From positions 5,116,483 through 5,180,482 of the forward strand of contig SMSO01000032.1 of the NCBI GenBank assembly GCA_004764695.1: a stretch of DNA of 64,000 nt. Direction: 5' to 3'. Every line of letters begins with the position of its first letter. Within the stretch, counting starts at the first letter, position 1. The notes under the pieces were generated by a model. It was not told where the DNA came from and did not search any database. It was given only the letters and a program-made list of their open reading frames with translations. This stretch comes from Schizochytrium sp. TIO01. Taxonomy: Eukaryota > Protista > Bigyra: Labyrinthulomycetes. The translations under genes and the position numbers were made by a program. This document shows positions 11,006 to 21,652 of the stretch, one piece after another.

Positions 11006-13282
11006 ATGGACGACGAAATCATCAAGCTCGAGGAGGGCTGGGCAGAGATTAACAAGTCAATTGAAAAACTGATCAGAATCTTGGGCCAGACAAACCCACA
11101 AGAAAGCTTGACGCGCGAAGAGTATGCTCATGTGTACACGAAATGCTACAAAATGTGCACACAGCGCAGCCCAGACAACTACAGTCAGGAGCTCTATACC
11201 CGTCATGGTGACCGCATCAAGGACTATCTTGAGGGGGTGGTCATGCCAGTGTTACGTGAGAAACGCGACGAATATCTCCTGAAGGAGCTGGTGGTCCGCT
11301 GGAAGCATCACGAAACCATGGACAAGTGGATGCGTCGATTCTTTATGTACCTTGACAGATACCATGTCAAGCACCACAGCCTGCCAGAGCTGCATGAAGC
11401 CTCCCTGAAGCTCTTCCGCCAGATTGTCTTTGAGAAGGTGAAAACCCCTTTCGTTGAAGCCATCCTAGCACAAATCAACAAGGAGCGTGAAGGTGAAGTC
11501 GTGGACCGTTCTCTTCTAAAGCAGTGCGTGGAGATCTTTGGCGAAATGATGCCACAACTCAAAGTATACACGTCAAGTCTGGAAGAGCCTCTGCTTGACG
11601 ATACGCGTGAGGTGTATAGGAAGAAGGCGCAAGAGTGGATCGAGCAAGATGCCTTGCCAGAGTATCTTCGCAAGGCTGAGGCCGCGCTCGAAACGGAGGG
11701 CGAGCGCGTTGACAATTATTTGGAGCCTCAAACCAAAGCAAAATTGCAGGGCGTTGTCATGGATGAACTCTTGGCACAGCACGAGACAGCCCTCCTTGAG
11801 AAGGAAGGCTCTGGATGCCGAGCTCTTCTTCGTGATGACAAGAGTGAGGACCTCGCTCGTCTCTTCAAGCTTTACCAGAAGGTACACAAGGGCTTGGAGC
11901 CCATCGCGGCAATTGTAAGAGAGCATGTGACGAAGCAAGGTATGGAAATCGTCGAGAAACGTGAAAGTGCCCTTGCATCCGCTCAGACACCAAAGGAGAA
12001 GGACTCACTCGACCCGGCCTTTGTACAAAGTCTGCTCGACTTGCACGAAAAAAACCAAAGCTTGGTGAAAACAGAGTTCGAAGCGGACAGTCTATTTCAA
12101 AAGGCTCTCAAAGAAGCCTTTGAAACATTCGTCAACCACGATGTTGGCAAACGTTCCAACGCAGAGCTTTTGGCAAACTATTGTGATCGAATTCTTAAAT
12201 CAGGTGGGGTCAAGCACTCCGATACTGAGATTGAAAATCTTCTGGAGCGCACTGTGCAGCTGTTCAGCTACCTCTCCGAGAAGGACACCTTTGCCGATGT
12301 GTATAGGAACCAGCTCGCCAAACGCTTGCTCATGAACCGCTCTGCCTCCGACGATGCCGAGCACTCTATTATTAGCAAGTTGCGCCTTCGCTGTGGCGCT
12401 CAATTCACCTCAAAAATGGAAGGTATGGTCAAGGATTTGCTAACAGGTAATGAATACAAAAAAGCATTTAAGGACCAAGTACGGTCTGATCCTGAGGCCT
12501 TGCTTGAGAAGTCTCAAGCTACCAATATTTCAGCGAATGCTCCCGGCGACCATGTAGTGGTAGATGGCGTTGAGTTTTCTGTCGAGGTGCTCACCACTGG
12601 CCACTGGCCATCGTACAAGATGGTCCCCATTGAGCTCCCCCTTGAGTTGCAAAAATGTATGGAGATCTACCAAGCTTTCTACGACAAGAAGACTTCCCAG
12701 CGTTGCCTCAAGTGGGTACACTCATTGGGCAACTGCTCCTTACGTGCTCAGTTTAAGCGAACTTATGACTTACAAGTCACCACTCTTCAAGCATGTGCTC
12801 TCTTGCATTTTAACAGTATTCCTGAGGGAGAATATGTTGTTTTCACTGACTTCGTGACATATTTGAACGTGGAAGAAGAAGTGGCGAAACGTATTTTACA
12901 CTCCCTTTCCTGCGCCAAGCACCGTGTGTTAGAAAAGGACCCCATGTCCAAGAGCATCGCGCGCACTGATAAGTTCAGGTTCAATTCTAACTTTAGCTCA
13001 CCCATGCGCAAGCTCCGTCTGCCAATGGCTTCTCTGGACGAGTCTTCCAACCCCAAACGTGTTGAGGAAGATCGCTCTATCGCCATCGAGGCTGCCATTG
13101 TCCGTATCATGAAAGCACGTAAACGTCTTTCGCATCAAGAATTAGTTGCCGAGGTACTCTCTCAGCTTCACTTCTTTGCGCCTGCCCCGCGTGTAGTGAA
13201 AAGGAGAATTGAGCATCTGATTGACCGCGAGTACCTGGAGCGCGACGAGTCGCAGGCCAACTTTTACAAGTACCTTGCCTAA
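11006..13282 (+). CDS. CUL1: Cullin-1 (SCF scaffold), 758 aa
   Basis: YTKCYKMCTQ N-terminal motif as in plant-type CUL1, FMYLDRY, KDTFADVYRNQLAKRLL, VLTTGHWP and neddylation motif AAIVRIMKARK...IEHLIDREYLERD. Confidence 0.95.
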   Translation: MDDEIIKLEEGWAEINKSIEKLIRILGQTNPQESLTREEYAHVYTKCYKMCTQRSPDNYSQELYTRHGDRIKDYLEGVVMPVLREKRDEYLLKELVVRWKHHETMDKWMRRFFMYLDRYHVKHHSLPELHEASLKLFRQIVFEKVKTPFVEAILAQINKEREGEVVDRSLLKQCVEIFGEMMPQLKVYTSSLEEPLLDDTREVYRKKAQEWIEQDALPEYLRKAEAALETEGERVDNYLEPQTKAKLQGVVMDELLAQHETALLEKEGSGCRALLRDDKSEDLARLFKLYQKVHKGLEPIAAIVREHVTKQGMEIVEKRESALASAQTPKEKDSLDPAFVQSLLDLHEKNQSLVKTEFEADSLFQKALKEAFETFVNHDVGKRSNAELLANYCDRILKSGGVKHSDTEIENLLERTVQLFSYLSEKDTFADVYRNQLAKRLLMNRSASDDAEHSIISKLRLRCGAQFTSKMEGMVKDLLTGNEYKKAFKDQVRSDPEALLEKSQATNISANAPGDHVVVDGVEFSVEVLTTGHWPSYKMVPIELPLELQKCMEIYQAFYDKKTSQRCLKWVHSLGNCSLRAQFKRTYDLQVTTLQACALLHFNSIPEGEYVVFTDFVTYLNVEEEVAKRILHSLSCAKHRVLEKDPMSKSIARTDKFRFNSNFSSPMRKLRLPMASLDESSNPKRVEEDRSIAIEAAIVRIMKARKRLSHQELVAEVLSQLHFFAPAPRVVKRRIEHLIDREYLERDESQANFYKYLA

Positions 13283-14220
13283 GCTTGTTAATTTTTTCAT
13301 TCAAAAAGCTGCCCCTCACCTTGTTTACCCCTTTCATTTTGTCTCTTGCACTTGAACAAATCTTCAAATTCAATAATTGTCGCCCGAGCATATCTTCAAA
13401 ATCAAACTACCAAAACCAGGTTAATCTACGAGAAACGTGATTCACATTGTTTTTGCTTCTCCTCTTCACATCCCCCCCCCTCTAGTTCTGCTTCTCCCGC
13501 GCTACTTGCTTTAAATGCGTCTTTTACATCTCAACTCCTTTTGCTTTCTCTGCTACCCTCCTTTTGAACGCTTCTCTTGCGCAATCTCTAGAGGTTCATG
13601 TGTTATCTCAACCAAGTCGCTCTTTTGTTAAATTCAAACTGAGCCAGATGGTCTATACATGGGAGACGTGTGCCGGCTTTACCTAATTCGTAAATTGCGC
13701 CTGCATTATGGTGTTTCAAACCGCACTTGAGAAGAGGCTGCGTCGCCTGCTTTATTATAACTAGGTTATATCTATTCCCTAAGAGACAGTCCGTACAGAG
13801 CGAAAATAAAACGGGTGGCAGAAATAAATTTCATTACGGGAGCGCGCTTGAGGAGGCTTTTGTATTTGTTTATTTTAATGGAAAGTTTGTTGTTCTGTTT
13901 GGTCTTTAACGAATAGGAAACGAAGAGCCGCCTACACAGTCGTGCCAACAATCACATAAGAATTTATTTCATCCGTTGGGACTATCGTGTGGGGAGTAGA
14001 AAGAAGAACTCAAAAACTTTTTCTTTCTGTTTTTAAAATTAAGCCAGTCCCTAGAATATATCAATCTCGTTGGAAAGGACTCAGAAGAAGTATTCTGAGT
14101 CATGATATTGGAGGCAGTTCTTTCCTTTCTGACTTCCTTATTCCCCTAAACATGTAATACATGTGTCGTTCTATATGAATGGATTAACAACTCGAAAATA
14201 CTTGTTTCTTTTTGTTTACC

Positions 14221-14244
14221 TTTTTTTTTTTTTTTTTTTTTTTT
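14221..14244. repeat. Poly(T)24 tract
   Basis: Homopolymer run seen directly. Confidence 0.9.
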
Positions 14245-14626
14245 CATTGTTAACTAAGTAGATAGGTATGATAAGGACCTGTTAGCTCGTCTCGTTCTAA
14301 ATGAACACAAGTAACCTGTCTTCATTCCGCATTGCCACATCTGGACCAGAACTGACCGAAAACCTTAACTTTCTACTGAGGTAATATAGGAACTAAATTA
14401 AAACATAAATTAAAAAACAAGGACAAAGTACAAAAACTAGTGTATTATTAAAAAGTGATCCGTTGTTCCTCCAATGGATTTGTTGTCATGATTTAGTTCT
14501 CATGATCCCAGTGCCTTGGGTAACAACTTGATGATAGTCACATCATCTCTAGATCAGAATGGAGGTGGGCAATCCTTGATTGTTCGACGTGCGAAGATTT
14601 ATCTATGGACCAGAATACGAATCACC

Positions 14627-16666
14627 ATGCCATTGGGCGATGCTGCCCAGGTTGAACCAGAAGAAACACAGCGGAAGGACTCGTCTACCCAATTAGGAGA
14701 AGTCACGAAGAGCCAAGGACGAAATCATGGAGAGAAGAGAGGCCCCATTTCGACGACCTCTTGGAGATCTAAAGAGACATTTCTGCATAGTCTCAAGCTT
14801 GCAGTGCGCATCTTTTTCTTTTCTGCATTATCCATGTTTTCGTTACCGATCTTTCTGGGATGGGTTCTAAATACTTCAGACATGGAATCCTGGAGCATAT
14901 CGCCATCTCAAAATACTACATTTGTACTTCATAGCGCAGCGTATATGCCAGGGAAGTCACTAGGTGTTATATTGACTGAAGCCTTGCTTCCGAGAGCTTT
15001 TGCTGTAATTATTTTGCCAGCCTGTATTGCAGTGACCTTGTCACTAAAAACAAAACGTCAGCTCATCCTCTCCATGTCTCTTTTAACAGTTGGAGTACTC
15101 TTTCTCTATTCGCTATGCGGAACAATACGGCTCCATATTGATGGATTTATGCTCACCCAATTCTACTACGCAGTTGTGATTTTTTTAATAAAGATACTCC
15201 TGCCCAGCTCAAGCAAAGCTTGGCTCCTTGCTCTTTCAGTCACATTTGCCATTGGAATTGCTCAAATCTCTATTTCCATTATTTACCATCTCTCTAGCAG
15301 TGGAGCTATAGTTCAGGCTATCAGTGCTGCTCTTCTCATTCCTCTTTTGCGGGAGTCTATCTTGATGCCTCTAAGATACATAACCAGGGCTTTCATATTA
15401 GGTAGATGGGGTTCTCAATCGAAGAAAGTTGTGACAGAGTTTTCATGCCTTTTCTTGATCCTAACTCCTTCGATAGGGGTATCTGTGTTTGGTCGCTTGA
15501 TGACCCAGGCAATTAATGACCCTGTTCTACTTACATTTTCGATTTTAGCACAGTGCATTGTGGAAATATCATTTCGCTTGACCATGTATTCGCGAGATCA
15601 ATTTGTATGGATGCGTTGCAGCCGCGTGTCACGTGTTGCAAGTTTTTCTCAGGTTGTTATGTTGCAACAAACCGTATTCGATTCAACTTTTATGTTCTTC
15701 AGATCGTGCGACCCAGCTGACTTCACCTCGATCTTTATTATCTTAGAGATGTTGAGCGAGTACATCAGCATTTTTTCGACTCTTTTTTATCTTCCCATGC
15801 TCTGGCGCTATCGTTTTATGTTTTCATTTTCACTATATGCAGAGTATGACGTTCTCCAGTCAAACTTCGATTTTACCTGGCCACTTGTCACCACTGTAGG
15901 AATGGTGTTAGCTGAGCTTGCAGTCGATTCGATCTGCTCCATGTACGAAATCAATCAGATGAAGATGCCTCTTGTTGAATGTTGGACGGGAATCAAATTC
16001 AATGGCAAATTGAAGCTCGCTACAATGTCATTAGTTCTAGCCACTTCAGGCACGCTAAATGCAGTATTCAATGCAAGTCACTATGAATATCGTTCGTGTT
16101 ACACTGCCAACTACTGTTATTGTCATAAGGGAGATCATAATTCCATCGTCAAAGATTATTGCCGTCATTTGTTCCCTTTCACAGACGGGGTGCCTCACGG
16201 TCTACAAGCATACTTTGTACTTGGAAAAGATACCCACAAGCTTAATTCATATACGTTTGAAAGCCTTGATTCCACATGGGTTAGCCCATTATCTTCCAGC
16301 GTATCTTTCGCCGGGTATTTTGTTGATAATGCTATCAGAACATTCGCAAGCTTTAGCACCGAAGAAGTTATAGACCGTATTTATCAAGTAACGGATGTGA
16401 AGGGGGACTTTCACCATTCCTATTTCAGCGCTAACATATCTGGGCTAGCAATTTTTCTAATTCAGGAGGACGAAAATATGTCGTCTAGTATCTATTATTC
16501 TCACCAGAGTTTGTGTAACACAACCATGGGACCACCAGTGGTTATCTTACGCAATCCCTCCAATGAAACTTTCCACAGCGCAGTACAAGGCCTTCTCGAG
16601 GAATTCATTGATCAAGATTATCTTTTACACAACCCATGTAACGTTACAACCTCTTCATTGGGGTAA
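14627..16666 (+). CDS. Uncharacterised multipass membrane protein (~679 aa, roughly 10-12 hydrophobic segments, Cys-rich segment after the last TM)
   Basis: Long ORF with ATG in accATGc context at 14627, many hydrophobic helices, CYTANYCYC..YC segment. No family recognised. Confidence 0.7.
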   Translation: MPLGDAAQVEPEETQRKDSSTQLGEVTKSQGRNHGEKRGPISTTSWRSKETFLHSLKLAVRIFFFSALSMFSLPIFLGWVLNTSDMESWSISPSQNTTFVLHSAAYMPGKSLGVILTEALLPRAFAVIILPACIAVTLSLKTKRQLILSMSLLTVGVLFLYSLCGTIRLHIDGFMLTQFYYAVVIFLIKILLPSSSKAWLLALSVTFAIGIAQISISIIYHLSSSGAIVQAISAALLIPLLRESILMPLRYITRAFILGRWGSQSKKVVTEFSCLFLILTPSIGVSVFGRLMTQAINDPVLLTFSILAQCIVEISFRLTMYSRDQFVWMRCSRVSRVASFSQVVMLQQTVFDSTFMFFRSCDPADFTSIFIILEMLSEYISIFSTLFYLPMLWRYRFMFSFSLYAEYDVLQSNFDFTWPLVTTVGMVLAELAVDSICSMYEINQMKMPLVECWTGIKFNGKLKLATMSLVLATSGTLNAVFNASHYEYRSCYTANYCYCHKGDHNSIVKDYCRHLFPFTDGVPHGLQAYFVLGKDTHKLNSYTFESLDSTWVSPLSSSVSFAGYFVDNAIRTFASFSTEEVIDRIYQVTDVKGDFHHSYFSANISGLAIFLIQEDENMSSSIYYSHQSLCNTTMGPPVVILRNPSNETFHSAVQGLLEEFIDQDYLLHNPCNVTTSSLG

Positions 16667-17310
16667 TGTTGATTCTAACATATAGAGAAATTCAAGGTTC
16701 TGCGTAAACAAAAAACATACAAAAAATGATATTTGAATATAGTAATCAATCTCGAAACAATTAAAATCATCAACAGCCACATTCAAGTCAAATGAATGGA
16801 ATTCTGTTTCCTTTTCACAGCCTTGCACCTGAAGACTAGTTTATGTACTTTAAGAGGTTTCCTGTGTTCTACCATACTACGTGGCTGTCAAGCTTTTTGT
16901 TTCTCTACATTATATATTGAACTGTGGAACTCAAGACGAATTTGCCTCTCCATTCCATATAATTCTAATTTACAAAATCATGGAATAGTAAGGGAATTAA
17001 GTAGAAGAGAAAAAACAAAGTACAAGGCTATTGGCAATCCGTTATATATTGGAATGCCATGTTCAGACTGTCATACAACACTTCCTTGCTCCATGCAAGC
17101 ATGAAGTATGCCCTCTGTAGATCCCAGTTCACCCCTCTCGTAAAAGACGGTGAGAGTTACAACGCAGGCGAAGAGGACAGGCAGTGTTGACGTCGACCTG
17201 GACAGACTATGACAGTTAGCAAGCATGAAGTTCGACACGTAACCTGTCCTTCATTTTCTCGCATAGCGTTTCATGCTTATCCTCTTCCAATCAGTTGAGC
17301 GACAGAGACC

Positions 17311-17381
17311 TCTCCCATGATGTAATGGTAACATATCAGACTTTGAATCTGAATCCCTGGGTTCGATTCCCGGTGGGAGAT
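17311..17381 (+). tRNA. trnQ-UUG: tRNA-Gln (anticodon TTG)
   Basis: Cloverleaf: acceptor TCTCCCA/TGGGAGA, D arm ATGT-AATGGTA-ACAT, anticodon arm TCAGA-CTTTGAA-TCTGA, T arm CTGGG-TTCGATT-CCCGG, discriminator T. B box GGTTCGATTCC. Confidence 0.95.
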
Positions 17382-17392
17382 TCCATTCGTAG

Positions 17393-17401
17393 TTTCTTTT
17401 T
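17393..17401 (+). terminator. RNA polymerase III T-tract terminator for tRNA-Gln
   Basis: TTTCTTTTT ~12 nt downstream of the tRNA 3' end. Confidence 0.6.
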
Positions 17402-18569
17402 GTACTTTAAATCCTACAAGGATTTTTTTCAAATCGAAATTAATAATAAAAAAGTAAAAATAATTAAAGAGAGAAGCAGGAGGAGAAGGAGAACAAAACG
17501 ACGATAAAAATATAAAATGGCCAGATGGCCTCGGTTTGTCCGCGACCGTGACGCTTATTCGCGTGCACTTCTAGCCTGCACTCGCTTCTAGATATTTTCA
17601 CTCGAGAGTGACATTTTTATTGTGTTTGTGAATGCCCTGAAGTCATTACTCATTTTTTGCGCTTGAACATGCTAAAGCGTGAACCCTTATTGCCGACCCC
17701 CGCTTCGTTTTGCGTTAGATCTCACAGGCTTGAGAAGCCCAATACATACCAACTCATCATGGCGTATTTCTATTTGCCAAATCACCTAAAGCAACATGTA
17801 CCTAAAGTAAAAGAAAACATTTGCATCATGAGAGCCACCCTGAAAGACTACAGAACCTGTCAGAGTAGTAGGTAGTCTTATCTACAGTAGACTATAAATA
17901 GGCCTGTCTCCATCATACGCGCTGGAAATCTTCACTACCGGATTCAATAAGTTAAAACCCTTTAGTTTGGAGGGGGCGCAAGCCAAATCAACCGCTCCTT
18001 AGCCCATTTTCTTATCTTTGAATTGCGAGATAACTTTCATTACAAGCATGTGAGGGCTTGATTTCTATACCAAAGACACGATGACTGCCTATAGATACCA
18101 ATTTCCTTTTCCTTCAAAACTACTCTCCACAATGGCATATTTTATCACAACGTCAGTTTATATGCGCATTAACTTTTAACGCATGGAGGATTTAAATGCA
18201 ATTCATTCGATTTAGGCTATCAACAACTTATCTCATGCGAACCCCTGAAAGGGAGCGCTTCAACCCCTTTCCAATTCAAAGCAAGCTCAGAAAACGTCGT
18301 TACCTCTAAGGGCAAATTTGTAAAAGTGCCAAGTCGAACACTAAGAGGCCCTCAGCGAAATATTTATCTGTGCACGTGCGCACACGAACCCCTCCCAGCA
18401 TTTAGTGATCTCAAGGCGTAGCAAAACCTAAACCTTGCGAAGGCCGGTGGGATCTCTGGGTACTCAGAGCAGCCCCAGAAGGCTCAGGGTTATGCGAATT
18501 GAATTGTTGGGCTTTTACTTGAGGCACTCTTGGCTTTGAAACCTTTTAGTTTTATCTGGGAAAGTTGTT

Positions 18570-19141
18570 ATGTCGTATCACCCCGATGTTGCCAAGGCAC
18601 TTGGAGATCTTAGGCAGGGCGCGACAAGTCTGAAGTATGTTTGAACCGCAATCTATATCTTCGAGTGCGGGGTTGGACAAGGGCAAAACGATTGAGGAGA
18701 GGTAATTGAAAACTGAGCTAGATGACTTACGTTCATGCACCAAATGATTCATTCAATCAAACCAACAGTTTCTCAGCACAACAATATTGGTGTTGAAGGC
18801 GTGAAGGCTAGCGCTGCAGCGCCGAGTAAGCACCAGTCGCTGACATCACTCAACTAAGTTGTTTGACTAGCTTATATAAAATCTTTATGCATAAAAGATT
18901 ACACAATGTGTTGTTTGCTATTTTGAAATGCGTGTTTGTGGGTCTCTGCTAGATTTTGCAATCAAACAATAGCATTTGGATATAACCCAGGTGACTGCCA
19001 TGTATGCATATTTTATTGAATAAATGTGTCACATTTCAATGACTTCCTCAATAAACAGTCTCCAAAACAACAATATTGGCGATGAAGGCGCAAAGACTAT
19101 CACTGCAGTGCTGAGTGGCATCACTTGCTAACATCCCTCAA
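18570..19141 (+). pseudogene. Truncated, frameshifted RI-like/NLRC3-type LRR gene; exons 18570-18634, 18769-18853, 19059-19141
   Basis: Exon 1 reads MSYHPDVAKALGDLRQGATSL+aa, then GTATGT. Exon 2 follows CAG and reads SQHNNIGVEGVKASAAAPSKHQSLTSL (85 nt, donor mutated to CTAAGT). Exon 3 follows CAG and reads LQNNNIGDEGAKTITAVL..LLTSL (83 nt, 1-nt deletion), then GTAAGT. Matches the 28-aa LxxNxIGDEGAKAIAxAL..NxSLTSLN repeat. Confidence 0.75.
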
Positions 19142-19930
19142 GTAAGTTGATTTAGCAGATCGTAGACTGATGTGAACATGGAGTTTGCCTGTTGTCTTGA
19201 AATGGCATGTTGATGTTATTGATTGTTTGCTTGTTTGTTGATCGAGGAATCTGTAGATGTTAGGGGTTAGGGGAAATCACGGAAAGCTTAAATAAAGCTA
19301 GACGACTGACGAACATGCATGTATGACTGTTTTGTATTGATGACCATCATTTAATCATATTTAATCATATGTTCCTGCGTTTTATGCTGATCTTTTCAAA
19401 GAAGAACAATCATTACCTGTGCGGCACATGTGGTATGAACAAGAAGCTTTCCTCGCAGAATTTATTCGCCGTTGCAATGGCACGAAGTTTAAAATAAAGT
19501 ATACACTGCAAAGTTTCATCTCATTCGAATCGATGGCAGTTAAAGCGCACAGGGTTATTTGCCAGTCCTATGTCTCTAAAAGGTTGTTGAGGTTTCGAGA
19601 GTCAAAGACATTGAGGACTTCTTGCAATGACCTCCTGACGAGTCCGCCCAAACGACGACACGACGTGTTTCCTCGTCGCAAGCTTCGTGCGAAGCACTGT
19701 GCCACTGTCGCAATTTTGGGTCTGAGCTGAAAAAAGATGAATAAAATGAAAAAACACAAAGCGTCCCCAGTTCCACGAATTGTCCCTACAAAAGATTGGC
19801 CAATTAATTGATTTTGCTGTCAGCTTGATTCGCTCAGGATACCAAGTCCCTATCGCTCGTGCAGGACCGCTCTTGGCGCAAAACACCTCTCAAGAATCAG
19901 ACGTCGTCTTCCCCTGTGTGAGTGAGCGAG

Positions 19931-21055
19931 ATGCAGCACTCCGAGCAGAGCGTGCGAATCGGCGGTCTGGATATCAAGGTTCCACTTGGCATTGGAACCC
20001 TTCAATGGGGCACTACGGCATTGGATGAGACGCTTATGCGCGGAGGTCGCATCACAGAGGATACAGCTTTGGCCATTGTGAAGACCCTCGTCGAGGGCGG
20101 TGTGCGCTTTTTCGATACTGCGGAAGGCTACGGAGGTGGAACCTCGGAGTCAAGACTTGGTCGCTGCGCAGCGAGAGTGCTACTGGACCATCAAATTGCA
20201 AACGAAAGCAGGGAGACGCTAGTGCTGGGCACCAAATTTCTACCGACGTTGTGGCGATGGTCGCACTTCTCATTTGAGGCTGCCCTGAGAGCATCATTGA
20301 AGCGTATTGGGCAGGAGCGATGCGATATTTATTTTCTGCATTCACCTGTGCATCCTCGAGGAATCGAGTTTTGGGTGGAGGCTGCTGCAATTTGTGCCAA
20401 GAAGGGTCTTTTACAATCCATGGGGTTATCAAACTGCAATGCAGATCAGGTCAGGCGTGCAGTTGCGGCTGGAAAACGCTATGGCGTGCGCATTAGCTGC
20501 AACCAGATCATGTTCTCTTTGCTGGATTATAAGAGTCCAGTGCTTCAAGAGACGGTTCAAGCATGTCAGGAATTAGATGTTATGGTGATCGCATACTCCC
20601 CGATAGGACAAGGTCTGCTTACAGATAAGCTCACACAAGAAAGCTTTGAATCAAATCGAATTGCCACGATGACAAGAATTTCGTGGGACTGCTTGGCACC
20701 ACTTCGGGAGGAGGTCTCCTCGATTGCTCGTGCTCATGGGAAAACTATGGCTCAGGTAGCAATGAATTGGTGCATCTGCCACAAAACGATCCCCTTGGTA
20801 GGGTGCAGGACTGTCAAGCAGGCTCAGGACTCCCTGGGCTGCCTAGGGTGGCGTTTGAGCGAGGACGAAGTTAGGCGACTAGACCAAAAGTCACTTGCAC
20901 GTTCTACATTGGACAGCCCTACATGGCGGCGATCGATCTTTGTCTTCCTCGCAGGTGTGCTTATGACGATGTACCGTTTCTGTATGTTTGTTGAACGGGT
21001 TTGGGGGTTGAAGTTTTCTACTAGGCAGAACATGTTAAACAAAAAGAATGCTTAA
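19931..21055 (+). CDS. Aldo-keto reductase (pyridoxal reductase-like) with hydrophobic C-terminal extension
   Basis: GIGTLQWG, FFDTAEGYG, GTKF, YFLHSP (D/Y/K/H tetrad), GLSN, AYSPIGQGLLT, AQVAMNW. Confidence 0.9.
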   Translation: MQHSEQSVRIGGLDIKVPLGIGTLQWGTTALDETLMRGGRITEDTALAIVKTLVEGGVRFFDTAEGYGGGTSESRLGRCAARVLLDHQIANESRETLVLGTKFLPTLWRWSHFSFEAALRASLKRIGQERCDIYFLHSPVHPRGIEFWVEAAAICAKKGLLQSMGLSNCNADQVRRAVAAGKRYGVRISCNQIMFSLLDYKSPVLQETVQACQELDVMVIAYSPIGQGLLTDKLTQESFESNRIATMTRISWDCLAPLREEVSSIARAHGKTMAQVAMNWCICHKTIPLVGCRTVKQAQDSLGCLGWRLSEDEVRRLDQKSLARSTLDSPTWRRSIFVFLAGVLMTMYRFCMFVERVWGLKFSTRQNMLNKKNA

Positions 21056-21652
21056 TTCTTGGACAACAGTGTATTGCCAAATTCAAAGCTAAAATCACTT
21101 TAGCCCTCTTATTAACTCGGAATGCAGCTATAATGTGTTGTCACAACAGTCTCCAAGCTATAATTGTACTTATCTAAATAATCTGCTTATTACTATCATT
21201 TGTTTTCCATTTATATCAGAGTGATTTTGTTCTTATTGTTTGCGGGAGGGATCATTTTATTCCTGCTCAGTGTGTTGCTCTACATCAGAACACTTTCATT
21301 GTGATGTTTGCTTTGATCTCATTTGTCTTCGCGCCTAGTTCTTCTAAGGCTTTCCTCTTCCACCGACCGAGCTGGTGTCACGGTATGACCCATGTGCAAG
21401 ATTCTTTATTTTTTCATGCAGGACCTCATGAATGCTCGTTTTACTGCTCAGCGCCACACACTCTTTGATTCTCTTTTCTGTTCTTTCGTTCCAACTCAGT
21501 TAAGGTGGAAAAGAACTGTATTGCATTTCTATGGGATCAAAACCAGAAACTCGCGGTTGCATTAGAGGGACTGGGTCGCTCAATTCGCTTTCAAAGCAAA
21601 TTTGATTTACCTAGGTCCGGCTTCGGCCGAATAACATTAATCTCCCTCGATC

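Noticed and set aside
21140-21170. AACAGTCTCCAA match to the LRR exon-3 acceptor junction
   Set aside because: Only 12 nt of identity and the following sequence does not encode the LRR consensus.
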